The translations under genes were made by a program, and so were the position numbers. From positions 125,963-189,962 of the forward strand of contig NW_005434543.1 of the NCBI RefSeq assembly GCF_000315625.1: 64,000 bases of DNA, given 5' to 3'. The notes under the pieces are model-generated. The model was not told the DNA's origin and did not search any database. It was given only the letters and a program-made list of their open reading frames with translations. The DNA is from Guillardia theta CCMP2712 (lineage: Eukaryota; Protista; Cryptophyta). Of the stretch, positions 11,924 to 24,599 are shown piece after piece. Each line of letters begins with the position of its first letter. The first letter of the stretch is position 1.

Positions 11924-14900
11924 ATGCTGAATCGACTGGAAGGGCAGCAGAAAGAGAGATTGAAGAACATCATCAGCGATCACTTGAAGTGAGGGATGTA
12001 ATACGAGACGTGGTTGTGACTTTGCACCTTATCAGATCAACGAATGTTTATGGACAAGTTAGATCCTTCGTTCGAGATTTCCTTGAGAGCGAAGAGGGGA
12101 TGGATATCAATGAAGACAAGTATTTGCTTTGCTTGCAGAGCTGGAAGGCGTTGATGATCTCGGCAGACTTCTGACCACCTTGCACGAGAAGAGGGTTGTT
12201 GAGGAAGTTCTAAACTCGCTGGGAAGAGAGCATGGGAATCAACTGTCACATAGCTCAACTCCAACGTCAGCTCTTGCCAAGAAGGCAGGAGGAAAGGTGA
12301 GGGGAGATAGGATAAGAATGTCGTGCTTGAATGATCCCATCGGCAGTTCCTGCATGTGAGGCTGAAAAAGGGGAGAGGGTTTGTCGATCATCTGCATGAT
12401 GCGAGTGACGGCCAAGGGTCTCTTGTGGTACACTTGTTATGGCACGGACAGGTTGTCTCCGGCTTCATGCTTTCTTCTTCATCATGATGGCCTCGTCACA
12501 GCGTCACGCTTCCAAGCCCGTGCCGTGCGATGTTGAGCCCAACTTCGACGATACCTTCCTGTTCCACCTCCCAGGAAGTGAGATTCCTTTGTTAGACCGC
12601 TTCTTCCTCCTGAACCTTGACAGACTCTGACCGTCCCGTCTCTGCGCTATCCTCACCCATTCATATGGTCGTTACCCAGCAAGGGTCTGACGACAGGCTA
12701 GGTGACGTGCTGCTCTCTTGCTGCAGTCTTGTGATCGCTTGCAGAGATCATCGGTACGCAGGAGATTGAGTGGAGGAAGGTGCTTGTGTCCGGAAGACTG
12801 TCGATCGACGTTGAGCTCATGGGTTCATGAATCTCCTCACTCGCTCACTTCTTCCTCATCTTCTCTCCCTTCAGGCCTCAGTGGCGACTCAACTGTTGCC
12901 GTGGGTCTGCTGGGGCTGCAGCTGGAGCTGCTTCCCAAGGTTTTGCTCGCGTTGAGTCGTAGCTAAACTGACTGCTGGGCTAGTCTCACAACCTCCTCGC
13001 CGACGAAGTTTCCCTGGAGCAAGTCATCAAAGCGGAAAGAGAGAGCCTGTTGGAGCACGAGAGGTCGTCCCGCTCCTCTCCCCCTTCCACTCACCTCGAT
13101 TGACTTCAGACGTTTCTTCAATTCCGCGAAGATCTGGTGGAAGGTAGAAGGGACTCGGCAAGGAGGGCGCCACTGACGTCTCGCACTAGGAATTCTTGCA
13201 GATCCGTCCAGAGCATGGCAACAGAATGGTGAAGATCTTCGCGAGGTTTGTGCAAGTTCATCCTGAGCCTTCTTCCTGTCATATCTGACACCTGACATGT
13301 CTCATTGTTGTTCACAAATTTTTGCTCTCCTCTTTCATTTCATCTCACTCTAACTCATCTTTGTGCTTGTTCTCTTTTCTCTCGTTGTGACAGAACGGAA
13401 AACGACATCAACGTTCCAGGTCCCGCATCAAATCCAATCATTCATCACTTTGCCTTCAAATCCTCCTTCCTGCTCTCTTCATTCCTCACTCTCCACCCTT
13501 CTCCCTCAGTTTGTTCGTTTGTCCAACCGATGAGGGGAGGACGAGCCATCCGTTCTGCGGGTGAAGCATCAAGGTGCGTGAGCGCTTCGAGACTAATTTC
13601 TTGACTGCTGCGCAGGTTCGTCAGCCTCATCGAGTTTTCAAGGATGCAGCCATTAGGAAGCGGGTCAGGACGTTCAGAGGTAGGAGGAGGGGAGGAAGAA
13701 GCTTCGTCTGGCAGGACTTACAGGCTGTCTGCAGGTTTGGGCTGACATTCATACAGTTCTCAGCAGCAGGAAGAGCTTTCAAGGGTTTTCCCTTGGCTGA
13801 CGCTGAGACATACAGGAGGGGAGACGTAGAAGAGCATGCGATTCTCTTGTGCAACCTGCTCCTGGTAAGAGTGGCGGCAACGAGGGAGGAGGTTGACGGA
13901 GAGAGCAGGGCTTTCGCTTCGAAGCATACTGCGTCATCGGTACAACTCTCGCTGGAGATCCGCACATGTGGGTGGCGACGTTGGAGAGGTAAGACGAGGG
14001 GGTAGAGAGCTGAAGGAGCTGCTGGCGAGGAAGAGGAGAGGCAAGTGGGAGACTCCTGCCTGACTGTATTGGAAGGGACTTAGAGCTGAACAAGATCAAA
14101 GTGACGTTCTGGGAAAGCCTGACGGGATCGAGGTCGGTCTGGGACCTGAAACGTCAAGAGCTCACTCTCACTCAGGTACAGCCATGGAGGAAGCGATTCT
14201 CCGTCCGTGCACAAGTGAGCCTTCGACCTTGTGGTCCCACTCTGACTGTCAAGAAGATACGGCAAGATAGGATGCGTCTTTAACCATGAGGTGAACTGAG
14301 GTGACCTCGACTCGTTACTCCTCATCCTGGGCTTCCAGTCCTTCTACGCGAATGTCCAGCCCGACGACTCGGTCAGATCGTGCAGGTCAGATGCTCTTGT
14401 GCGGAGTTGCCATGACATGGGAGCAGCTTCGACCTCAACAACATGTCGCACTGGAAAGCGATGGACTCGGCAGCCGTACGGGAGATCAGGTGACCATCGC
14501 CTGATGGTTCATCATGCCCTCTAACTTCATCCCTCCCTTCTGCCTTATCTGTCTCTGCCTCCTCCAACTCTATTCGCTACAGGCGCAGGAAGCATGTACC
14601 TGAGCTCTCCTACTACCCGCTCTCGACGCACATGTGCGTTGCTGTTCGCTACAGCCATGACTGACTGACTTGAAGGATGGAGGAGGTTCTTGAGCAGAGC
14701 CTGCGGGATCTTATTTCAAAAAGGAGGTGAGGCGGGCCCTCGAGCTTGGCTCTTGGGCTCTGACTCACTCCACGAGCTGAGCTGACCCCACAGAGGCATC
14801 AACGGACTCGCGACTCACTGGGATGAAGAGCTTTGTCAGCTGCTCAGTCCTGCGCTGACTGCCTATGAGGTGTGGGAATGCTCGCGCTCGCTTCACCTCC

Positions 14901-15412
14901 TGCCCCCCTCACTCACCCGTGCAGGCTGAGCGAGTCTACGGCAGCGCTTCTGGTCTCGCTGACTTCCAGCAGAGGTGAAGCCAGGAGTCAGTCAATCAGA
15001 TTCTTACTGTTTGCTTGGCAGCATAAGAAATGCTGTGCCAGACGATTTTTCCTTCAAGGTCGCCCCCTCTCCCTATCCCTCTCCTTCCTCTGAGATGTCT
15101 CTAGGGCTTTCCTATTCAGTTTTGCCATCTTTCTGCCCCCAGGATGCTCGAGGATCTACTCCGCGCCAAGGCAGCAGCCGAGATCGTCTCGTTGCAGGTG
15201 GGGAAGGAGGGAGCGAGTCGATAGGCTGAGGAGACTGTAGGGGGGGGTCGATCGCGTTCGCTTCGCCGTAAGGTCGCATGTCGTGGTCTACCCTGAGAGG
15301 TGCGGCTTTGATCTCCATCCTCTGATGCTTCAACACTCGCTCATGCTCACTTGACAGGGTCTGTGCTGTGTGGGTGATGCTTGCTGTCGTCTACGCGCGT
15401 CTAGAGGATTAG
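11924..15412 (+). CDS. CEP76: Centrosomal protein CEP76 (C2 plus transglutaminase-like domains), many short exons
   Basis: Exons encode SKPVPCDVEPNFDDTFLFHL, KIWWK-EFLQIRPEH, GDVEEHAILLCNLLL, EAYCVIGT, HMWVAT, VTFWESLTG, CVFNHE-SFYANVQP and VYPE-VCAVWVMLAV. Confidence 0.85.
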
Positions 15413-15442
15413 AAGGAAAACTTCTTATGTCTCGCCTTCTCC

Positions 15443-16888
15443 TTACAAGTTCACTTCCTCTGTCGCCTGCGACTTGGCCTCCTCAAGCAGTTCGGAGAAG
15501 AGTGCTGCAAGCAAGTCACGACTACAAAAGAGCATGCGGGAGACAAACCGGTGGAGAGGTATCGCTCGCCAAACGAGGGGATGATGACGATGATTCTCTT
15601 CCCCTTCATGTCCGGTCGCTTCGCCACCTCGCATGCAGCATGAACGGCAGCACCCGACGAGATGCCCACCAGGACGCCCTCCTGCATCCCACCTGTCAGC
15701 CTGTAGGGGAGGGACAAGGGGAGAGGGGGGATAATCGAGAGCACACCTCAGTAGCAAGGCGACGGGCCATGGCCATGGCATCGGTGGAAGGGACCTGAAC
15801 GACCTCGTCGACGATGTCCATATCGCAGTTGTTGGGGATGAAGCCAGCGCCGATGCCCTGGATCTTGTGAGGCCCAGGCTTGCCACCCGACATGACTGGA
15901 GACTCCGCAGGCTCGACAGCGATGGTCTTGATATTCTTGTTCTACAATACCACGATCACATGACCAGACTCTCTGCCCTTCGCCCATCCCATTGCCTCCG
16001 CCTCCTTCCCCAGCACCAGCACTACAACGGGTTGCTCCTGCTCCTCTCTCCTTCAAAGCCATTCCTCACCTTGGACTTGAGAAAGCGGGAGCTGCCCGTA
16101 ATCGTTCCACCAGTGCCAACTCCACCAAGAATTACGTCCATCTTGCCATCAGTCTGTTCCCAGATCTACAAGACACATTCAACTGCAATTCGATGGGGGG
16201 AAGGGAGCAAGGGGCAGACGAAGCAAACCCAAAGACACAAGCATGCAAGCAAGGAGACGAGCACATAGAAAGCAGGCTGACCTCAGGTCCCGTGGTCTCC
16301 ATGTGAACCTTAATGTTGTCAGGGTTGTTGAACTGCTGCGGCATCCAGGCGTTCTCTCCGAGGGAGGCAAGGATGTCTTCGGCCTTCTTGATCGCTCCCT
16401 TCATTGCAAGAGGGCCTGACACACGTCAGGCGCGAGACGATGTCAGGAGCGAGAGGAGACCGGGTGTGAGGACGAGCTTGGCCCCGAGGGCCTTGAACAT
16501 GACGCGCCTCTCGAGCGACATGGTCTCGGGCATCACAAGAGTGATATCGTAGCCCTTAGCAGCCGCCACCATAGCCAACCCGATGCCGGTGTTTCCTGAG
16601 GTGGGCTCGACGATGACGGTCTTGCCGGGAGTGATCTCTCCGCGTTTCTCGGCCTCGTTGATCATGGAGAGCCTGAGGATCGCGAGGTCAACGCGCCGAA
16701 ACCCGCCGGCTGCTTCAAACCCACCCGATACGATCCTTGACGGAGCTGCAGGGCTCCATGCTCTCGAGCTTCGCGATGACTTCAGCATGGCAGCCTTCGG
16801 TGACCTTGTTGAGCTTGAGGAGAGGAGTTCTGCCGATCAGCTGGGTAATGTCATCGGCTATCTTGGGATGCTGGAGGTTGTATGCCAT
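15443..16888 (-). CDS. cysK: Cysteine synthase A (O-acetylserine thiol-lyase), multi-exon
   Basis: [22 protein letters not shown] (PLP lysine), [47 protein letters not shown] and [10 protein letters not shown]. Confidence 0.96.
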
Positions 16889-17904
16889 CTTGACAGAGTT
16901 TCTTCTATGCGGGGCAACTGTTGCTGGCAGCCAAACCGTCACGTCTTAACCTCAGACAAGATGCTGTTACCTCGGGTACTCCAAGACTGGGTGGGAGAGG
17001 ATCTCAGGAAAGGTGAATGAAATACGCTGAAGCAATCAACTGCAGTGACTGAACAGAAGATTAGAACAACAGCAGACAAGTCATTACTGTCATCAACAAC
17101 TTGAACTGAATCGTCATCACACTGAGACTAATCCTATGAATCTCGTAAGCAGACCCTTCTCGACATCTATCGGTTCAAATCTACTTGAACTATTCTCCAT
17201 TAAACATCGCGAATACTTTTCCCAGTCTAAAGAATAGAGTAAGCAACTGCCAGGGAGCATAGAGTGAGCAACTGCCCTGCGAGGGAGGCATGGGAACTTC
17301 GTCAGTGAATCGACAAAGACTTAACCCTTAAACTCCGCCCACATTCTCTGCACATGACCATAGGGAGGCTTTGCATGGCATGCCACGAGTGACAAGCAGG
17401 ACTCTCACACCAACCATTCAATCAAAAGAAATCATTTGGCACGTCGGAATCAAGACCAAACTGATTTGAAGCTTATAGACAATCACATCCCACAGTGTCA
17501 TCCAGCGTTTTGGGGAACATGTATAGCAGGCACAGGAAACACAGAACTGCTCGTGTATTCCTCCAACAACATCAAGAGCACACAAAAGAGAATTTCTAGC
17601 CCAGAAAAACGAGTGCACATACAAATAAAATTCATCATCCATATTGGTACTTTGTAGTAGATCAACAATGGGCTATCTATCAAGTATACAGAATTTGACG
17701 AAATAAAACCAGTGAAATCATCTCCTTTCATCACCACTTTCCAAAGTAAACTCAAGAAGTTTAATCTCAACTACAACTATGAAAAACATTTCCTTAGCCT
17801 TCACCATTCATACGTCTCAATACCATTCCAACCCTTTCATCGCCCTCATCATTTTCACCACCACCACCACCACCACCACCACGACTATTATCGTCATCAT
17901 CGTC

Positions 17905-18565
17905 ATCTCGTCTCATCATCTTCATCTCATCGTCTTCATCTCATCATCTTCATCTCATCATCTTCATCTCATCGTCTTCATCTCATCGTCTTCATCTCAT
18001 CATCTTCATCTCATCATCTTCATCTCATCATCTTCATCTCATCGTCTTCATCTCATCGTCTTCATCTCATCATCTTCATCTCATCATCTTCATCTCATCG
18101 TCTTCATCTCATCGTCTTCATCTCATCATCTTCATCTCATCGTCTTCATCTCATCGTCTTCATCTCATCATCTTCATCTCATCGTCTTCATCTCATCATC
18201 TTCATCTCATCATCTTCATCTCATCGTCTTCATCTCATCATCGTCTTCATCTCATCATCTTCATCTCATCGTCTTCATCTCATCGTCTTCATCTCATCAT
18301 CTTCATCTCATCATCTTCATCTCATCATCTTCATCTCATCATCTTCATCTCATCGTCTTCATCTCATCATCTTCATCTCATCATCTTCATCTCATCGTCT
18401 TCATCTCATCATCTTCATCTCATCATCTTCATCTCATCATCTTCATCTCATCATCTTCATCTCATCATCTTCATCTCATCATCTTCATCTCATCATCTTC
18501 ATCTCATCATCTTCATCTCATCATCTTCATCTCATCATCTTCATCTCATCATCTTCTTCATCTTC
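17905..18565. repeat. 14-bp tandem satellite TCTCATCRTCTTCA, about 650 bp
   Basis: Two unit variants (A/G) repeat; this explains the 14-aa periodic pseudo-ORFs. Confidence 0.95.
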
Positions 18566-19395
18566 ATGGTCTACCTGCCGCTATCAGCAAGATCAGTCGC
18601 TGCATCCTCTGTCGACGCCACTCAACCTCACACGCATGCACCCCATTACTACCCCTCGTAATATCACCCCTACCCCCTTCAAAACAAATTCCCGTTTACC
18701 CACCCTCTTTCACCCTGACAAATCTCCATCAACGTACCCCATCTGCCGTAAGTGCTGAATGTCATACCCCTGATCCTGTAACCCCCCACCCCACTTAAAT
18801 CGCCAATTTCTAGTAAAGACCACTGGACAAGGGTAACCCCCACCCTCTCTGCTTCTCCACCCCCCTCCCCAGGGTCCGAGAGCAGGGGGTTGAAAGTACC
18901 CTGACCCCGTCCTGACCCCCTGGATTGAACTAAGATGCACCGGTACAAAGTCAGCGGTCACCCCTACCCATCTTTCATGGGTAAAATGACCACCCCCATC
19001 TACTAGGGGAAAATGTCGGACGATGAGATTCATTCAGGTGGGGGGGTGGGGTACATTGAAGAAAACTAAGAAATACCCGTACCAATGGTTGCAATGGTCT
19101 AATAACCCCTTCTCTGCTATTCAAAAATGGTGGTAGGGGTAGTTACCCTACCACCACAAAGATGAGGACAAAAGTTTTTAGAATGAAGGGGATGGGGTGG
19201 GTGGTGCAAGAAGGTCGTAACAAAAGCGCCTTCGCCTCAACCGTCGGGATCCACCCGGTGAGTGACCGGCCGGGCCCGGACTAGCGGCAAGTCCCGGGCC
19301 ATGAGGGGTGGGGGATGAGGGGGGTTACTGCCAATGACGTCGCCTGTTCGTTGAGGGCGAGGCAGGGAGGACCGGGGGAGGGAGGGGGGGGAGGT

Positions 19396-19396
19396 C

Positions 19397-19455
<59 letters not shown>
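19396..19455. repeat. (GA)n/(GACA)n microsatellite
   Basis: Visible run. Confidence 0.9.
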
Positions 19456-19977
19456 AGGGGAGCGAGAGCGAGAGGGGGGAGCAGGGTAGCAGGGGAGTCA
19501 GCAAGGGAGCAAGGGAGCAAGGGAATGACAACATGAGTCGAAGGAAGGGGACTGGCTGTCGCTCGAGCGCGAATGGGTCTGACAGTTTGAGTCAGGTGGA
19601 TGTAAAACTTGCACTCCACCTACAAGCTCATGCCCAAGTATCGAGCTCTTTCTGCATTACTTTCTATCTCAACCACCTTGTTCGTTCTCGTTGGGATCGG
19701 TCGCTACTTCCGATGCAGCGTGAGATTTTTCAACCCCGTCTCGTGTCCTCCTCTCTCCTGTCTTCATGTCTTCTCCTTCCTATCTTTTTCATTCCTCGTT
19801 CCTCCATCGCACCCACATCCTTCATATCCTCTGTTTCCCCCTCAACAACATCGTCCGTTCTCCTCCCCGAGTTACACTCCCGCTCACTCTTCTTTCTCCT
19901 TTCCTCACAGTGCCTTGTCTCTCCTACCCCTTCACCCTCTCACTATCTCCTCCTCCCACTCTCTGATGGCAGTGGCA

Positions 19978-20519
19978 TGAGCTTAGAGTTTCGGCAGGGA
20001 GGAGGCTGCGAGAGCTCTGAGCTCTACTTTCGCCCGGAGACGAGGGTGTACGGAGCAGCGGGAGGTTTCTCGGCTAAGAAAGAGCGATACCCTGTCAGCA
20101 AGCATGCTCTGACTGAGTACCTGCGGCACCAGCCCAGGACCAACCTTGAGCGACTGGTTGCAAAGAAGGGAAGAGGCAGGGGAGGAGGAGCGAGGAATGT
20201 GGTATACGCGAACAAGGACAAGATGCTGTCAGCCATGTCGCAGTACCTCCAGCACCAGCCGCTGTCTACTATCAGGGAGGAGATGCGGGGGAGAAACCTC
20301 AACGCTCCTCCCTCTCCTCGTCTCAAGTCGCTGCACGTGCGGGCACAGCAGCATCGCTCGCACATCGAGGAGATCGCACGGAGAATCCTTGGAGCTGCGC
20401 CAGCGAGGGAGGGAGAGGGCAGGAAGCGACCAGACGGAGGGCAGAGAGGCTCGTCGGGAGGAGGGAGGAGGGAGGGAAAAGGACGTGTCGAAGGCCGTGC
20501 GGCTGCTTCCTATAAATAG
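19978..20519 (+). CDS. Hypothetical protein, possibly the 5' part of the downstream LRR gene; 3' end near an assembly gap
   Basis: Coding-like GC3-rich ORF MSLEFRQ... with an internal EYLRHQP/QYLQHQP duplication; no family recognised. Confidence 0.45.
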
Positions 20520-20765
20520 AAAAGTTGGCGGATCTCACTGCGTATTTTCAAGCCGTAAATACAATGGCGGAGGAACTTTTCCGGGCTTTATTCAAATTTT
20601 GTTTCCCTGGTAAACCCCTTACGAATAGTCTTATGGTGGTCAAAAGACGNNNNNNNNNNNNNNNNNNNNNNNNNNNNNNNNNNNNNNNNNNNNNNNNNNN
20701 NNNNNNNNNNNNNNNNNNNNNNNNNNNNNNNNNNNNNNNNNNNNNNNNNTCTCAGGAACGGGACC

Positions 20766-21862
20766 ATGGAAGCTGCTCTGCGCGACTTGCTGGCGCGGGT
20801 TCGGGGAGACGCGGAGGGGCTGAGGAAGGTGGACCTGTCGATAGGAGGATGGTGGATGAAGGGAGCAGACGCCAAGGAGCTGCTGATGGCGCTGAGAAGC
20901 AACACGAGGGTGCAAGAGGTAAGACATGGTTCACCCTCCTGTCCATCTCCATCAACGGCAGCAGCGACAACGGCATCATCTCCATCATCTCCATCATCTC
21001 CATCATCATCATCTGCCTGCACTCGCTGATCTCTTGGCATTGCAGCTGAACTTTCACGGGAATCAGCTCGGGCAGGAGGGTAGCGAGCATGTGGCGGCAT
21101 GCTTGCAGGTCAACCAGCATGTGACGCGGCTTAACATGGGAGGAAACAAGATCGGAGACGACGGGCTGCGAAAGCTCGCGAGCTGCTTCTCCTCCCCCTC
21201 CTTCTCCCTCCAGCACCTCCAGCTCTATTCCAACAACATCTCTGATGTGGGAGGACGCGAGTTGCTCGAGAGCCTACGGGGCAGCACCAGCCTGAGGTCC
21301 CTCGACCTCGCGGGGAACCTCCTCAGCTGCGACTGCCTGCTGGGCCCTGAGCTGGCCCTCCCCTCCCAGCTCACCAGCCTCTCGCTCGCTCACAACCTGC
21401 TGGCAGACGCAGGGGCCGAGGCGCTCGCGCGCTGCGCGCGCGAGAGCAGCAGCCTGACGAGGATCGACGTGAGCGGCAACTTCATGGGGGAGGAGGCGAG
21501 GGAAAGAATTCGCGTCCTCGTCGCCCACAACGTGAGGCTGAGAGACCTCAAGCGAGCGAGGGAGGAGGAGCGAGGGAGGGAGGCGGCTGCCTTGGAGAGA
21601 CACGCGCAAGAGCTCGCGAGGCTGGAGGAGGAGCGAGAGAAGGAGGAGGAGGAGAGGAGGAAGACGTACGCCAAAGCTCAAGCTCTTGTTGACTCCCTGA
21701 CACCTGACAACCTCGATGAATGCGACGAGCTGCACAGGTGCAACCAAAATCTGTTTGGATTTCATCACCTCAATCATCATTGTCATCATTGTCATCTCCA
21801 TCATCATTGTCATCATCATCCCCATCATCATCATCTTCTTCTTCTTCTCCTCCATCATCACT

Positions 21863-21895
<33 letters not shown>

Positions 21896-22008
21896 TTCTT
21901 CTTCTTCTCCTTCATCATCATCATCATCATCATCATCATTTCCATCATCTCCATCATCATCTTCTTCGTCTCCTTCATGATCATCATCATTATCTTCTTC
22001 TCCTCCTC

Positions 22009-22048
<40 letters not shown>

Positions 22049-23245
22049 TCCATCATCATCATCTCCATCATCATCATCATCATCATCATCATTAACCACC
22101 ACCGCAACCACCATGTCATGTGTCGTCTCACTCTTTTCTCTGCGAGGTTTGCTTGCGAGGGTTCCTCCGCCTCTTCTGCTCTCGTTGCCGCTGGCGTCAT
22201 CCCCGTCATCGTCGACCTCCTTGCGCGTCTCGACCTGCAAGTCGTGACTCCCTCCCTCCTCTCCCTCGTCCGTCGACATCTCCTCCTCCTCCTCCTCCTC
22301 GCCCAGCAGAGTCCCGACTACCGCGAGCAGATGGTCGACAACATGCTCATGCTCCCGCTGCTCTCGCTGCTCGACCCCGCCATCCTCGATCGCGTCGTCT
22401 TTCCTCCCCCTGCAGCTCATGCTTTTCTCCCTCCTCCTCCCCTCCTCCTCCAGCAGAGGAGCGTACGGATGCAGTGGGTCAGCATGACCGTCGCTTCCCT
22501 GCAGCTCGTCCTCCTCCTCCTCATCTCGCGTCCTCTCTTTGCTGTCCGCGCAGCCCTGGCTGGCGGTCTGCTGGACGTCTGCTGCCAGCTGCTGCAGGAG
22601 GAGGAGCTTCGCGAGCTGGACGTTGGGAGGGAGCTGCTCCGGGAGAGCACGCGCACCATCTGCTTCCTCGCGCAGTTCGTCGTCTCCTCGCACAGGATGC
22701 GAGCTCCGATCGCGGTGCTGCTCTTCCTCCTTGACCTCCAGGACGAGAAGCGACAGGAGGCAGCGGTCGATACCCTCAGCTCCATCTTCACTCAGCCGCT
22801 CGTCACCCTGAGATCCTTTCGGTCCCCGTCTGCTAAGGAGGAGGAGGAGGAGGAGGAGGAGGAGGAGGAGGAGGAGGAGCTCACTCCAGCAGAAGCCAGG
22901 AGGTCACTGCTGCAGGATCTGGTGGAGGAGGACGGCATTGAGGTTGGCCGAGGATGAGCACGATAATTCCATCCTGATGCTGATGCAGAGGATGCTGATG
23001 GCGCTGATGAGCAGCGAAGCAGCGAAGCTGGAAGAGAAGCTGACGCGCCTGCTGCTGGCGGTGAATGTGCTCGACTCTCCTTCTTCCTCTCACGTCTTGT
23101 GCAGCTAGTTGAAGAGGAGGAGGTCGTGGAGAGGATGTTGAAATTCGAGGTAATGTGAGGAGAAGAAGAGGCGTGAGGGCCTGAGCAGCGATGGGATTGG
23201 AGCAGGAGGAGGAGGAGGAGGAGGAGTAGAAGGTTTAGGAGCGGA

Positions 23246-23276
<31 letters not shown>

Positions 23277-23414
23277 AGTGGGAGGGCGAGGGGACTTGGG
23301 GAGGGGGATTCGTCTCTTTTGGTCTTACAGTGAGCAGGGAAGAACGTTGTGTTCAGCCTCACGCAACTTCTGCTCTCGTCAGCCACTAGCGACGCCAAAG
23401 CCAACGCCCTGGTG
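20766..23414 (+). CDS. RNI-like leucine-rich-repeat protein with coiled coil and ARM/HEAT-like C-terminal region; runs into a gap
   Basis: Repeats LNFHGNQLG, LNMGGNKIGDDG, LQLYSNNISDVG, LDLAGN, LSLAHNLLADAG and IDVSGNFMG, then LVAAGVIPVIVDLL and ALAGGLLDVCCQLL. Confidence 0.75.
21765..22092. repeat. Imperfect (CAT)n/(CTT)n microsatellite in an intron
   Basis: Visible run. Confidence 0.9.
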
Positions 23415-24599
23415 NNNNNNNNNNNNNNNNNNNNNNNNNNNNNNNNNNNNNNNNNNNNNNNNNNNNNNNNNNNNNNNNNNNNNNNNNNNNNNNNNNNNNN
23501 NNNNNNNNNNNNNNNNNNNNNNNNNNNNNNNNNNNNNNNNNNNNNNNNNNNNNNNNNNNNNNNNNNNNNNNNNNNNNNNNNNNNNNNNNNNNNNNNNNNN
23601 NNNNNNNNNNNNNNNNNNNNNNNNNNNNNNNNNNNNNNNNNNNNNNNNNNNNNNNNNNNNNNNNNNNNNNNNNNNNNNNNNNNNNNNNNNNNNNNNNNNN
23701 NNNNNNNNNNNNNNNNNNNNNNNNNNNNNNNNNNNNNNNNNNNNNNNNNNNNNNNNNNNNNNNNNNNNNNNNNNNNNNNNNNNNNNNNNNNNNNNNNNNN
23801 NNNNNNNNNNNNNNNNNNNNNNNNNNNNNNNNNNNNNNNNNNNNNNNNNNNNNNNNNNNNNNNNNNNNNNNNNNNNNNNNNNNNNNNNNNNNNNNNNNNN
23901 NNNNNNNNNNNNNNNNNNNNNNNNNNNNNNNNNNNNNNNNNNNNNNNNNNNNNNNNNNNNNNNNNNNNNNNNNNNNNNNNNNNNNNNNNNNNNNNNNNNN
24001 NNNNNNNNNNNNNNNNNNNNNNNNNNNNNNNNNNNNNNNNNNNNNNNNNNNNNNNNNNNNNNNNNNNNNNNNNNNNNNNNNNNNNNNNNNNNNNNNNNNN
24101 NNNNNNNNNNNNNNNNNNNNNNNNNNNNNNNNNNNNNNNNNNNNNNNNNNNNNNNNNNNNNNNNNNNNNNNNNNNNNNNNNNNNNNNNNNNNNNNNNNNN
24201 NNNNNNNNNNNNNNNNNNNNNNNNNNNNNNNNNNNNNNNNNNNNNNNNNNNNNNNNNNNNNNTCCCATTCAGTAGCCGTCCCTCGGGCAAGCGTCAAAAA
24301 ATCTCTGAGCCAAAATGAAGGCAAGAAAGCCACGGACTCCCCCTCCCCCCCTCCCTTTCCTCCCTCCTCCTCCTCCTCCTCCTCCTCCTTCTCCTCCTTC
24401 TCCTCCTTCTCCTCCTCTCCTTCTCCTCCTCCTCCTTCTCTCCATCCTTCATCGTCATGAGCTGTACAGTTAACTCTCATGCAGAAGAAGCAAACGACAT
24501 GAGCTTGACTGAAACAAAGAAACTTCTTCATCATCAATATACGATCATCTCTTGAAACCATTGAATGTAGAAAACCTCATCTCTCAGTGTAGGGGCGCC

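Noticed and set aside
17400-17770. AT-rich coding-like remnant (similar at 41600-41950)
   Set aside because: Short broken frames with no recognisable motif.
17712-18798. Long 339-348 aa ORFs with His/Ser/Ile repeats
   Set aside because: They are translations of the stop-free 14-bp satellite, with no coding signal.
21274-22693. Poly-Met, poly-Asp and poly-His ORFs (also at 45307, 58136-58479 and 62178-62889)
   Set aside because: They are microsatellite translations, mostly within introns.
23105-24561. ORFs spanning N-runs (also at 895, 20650, 25389, 40509 and 54465)
   Set aside because: Artefacts of assembly gaps.
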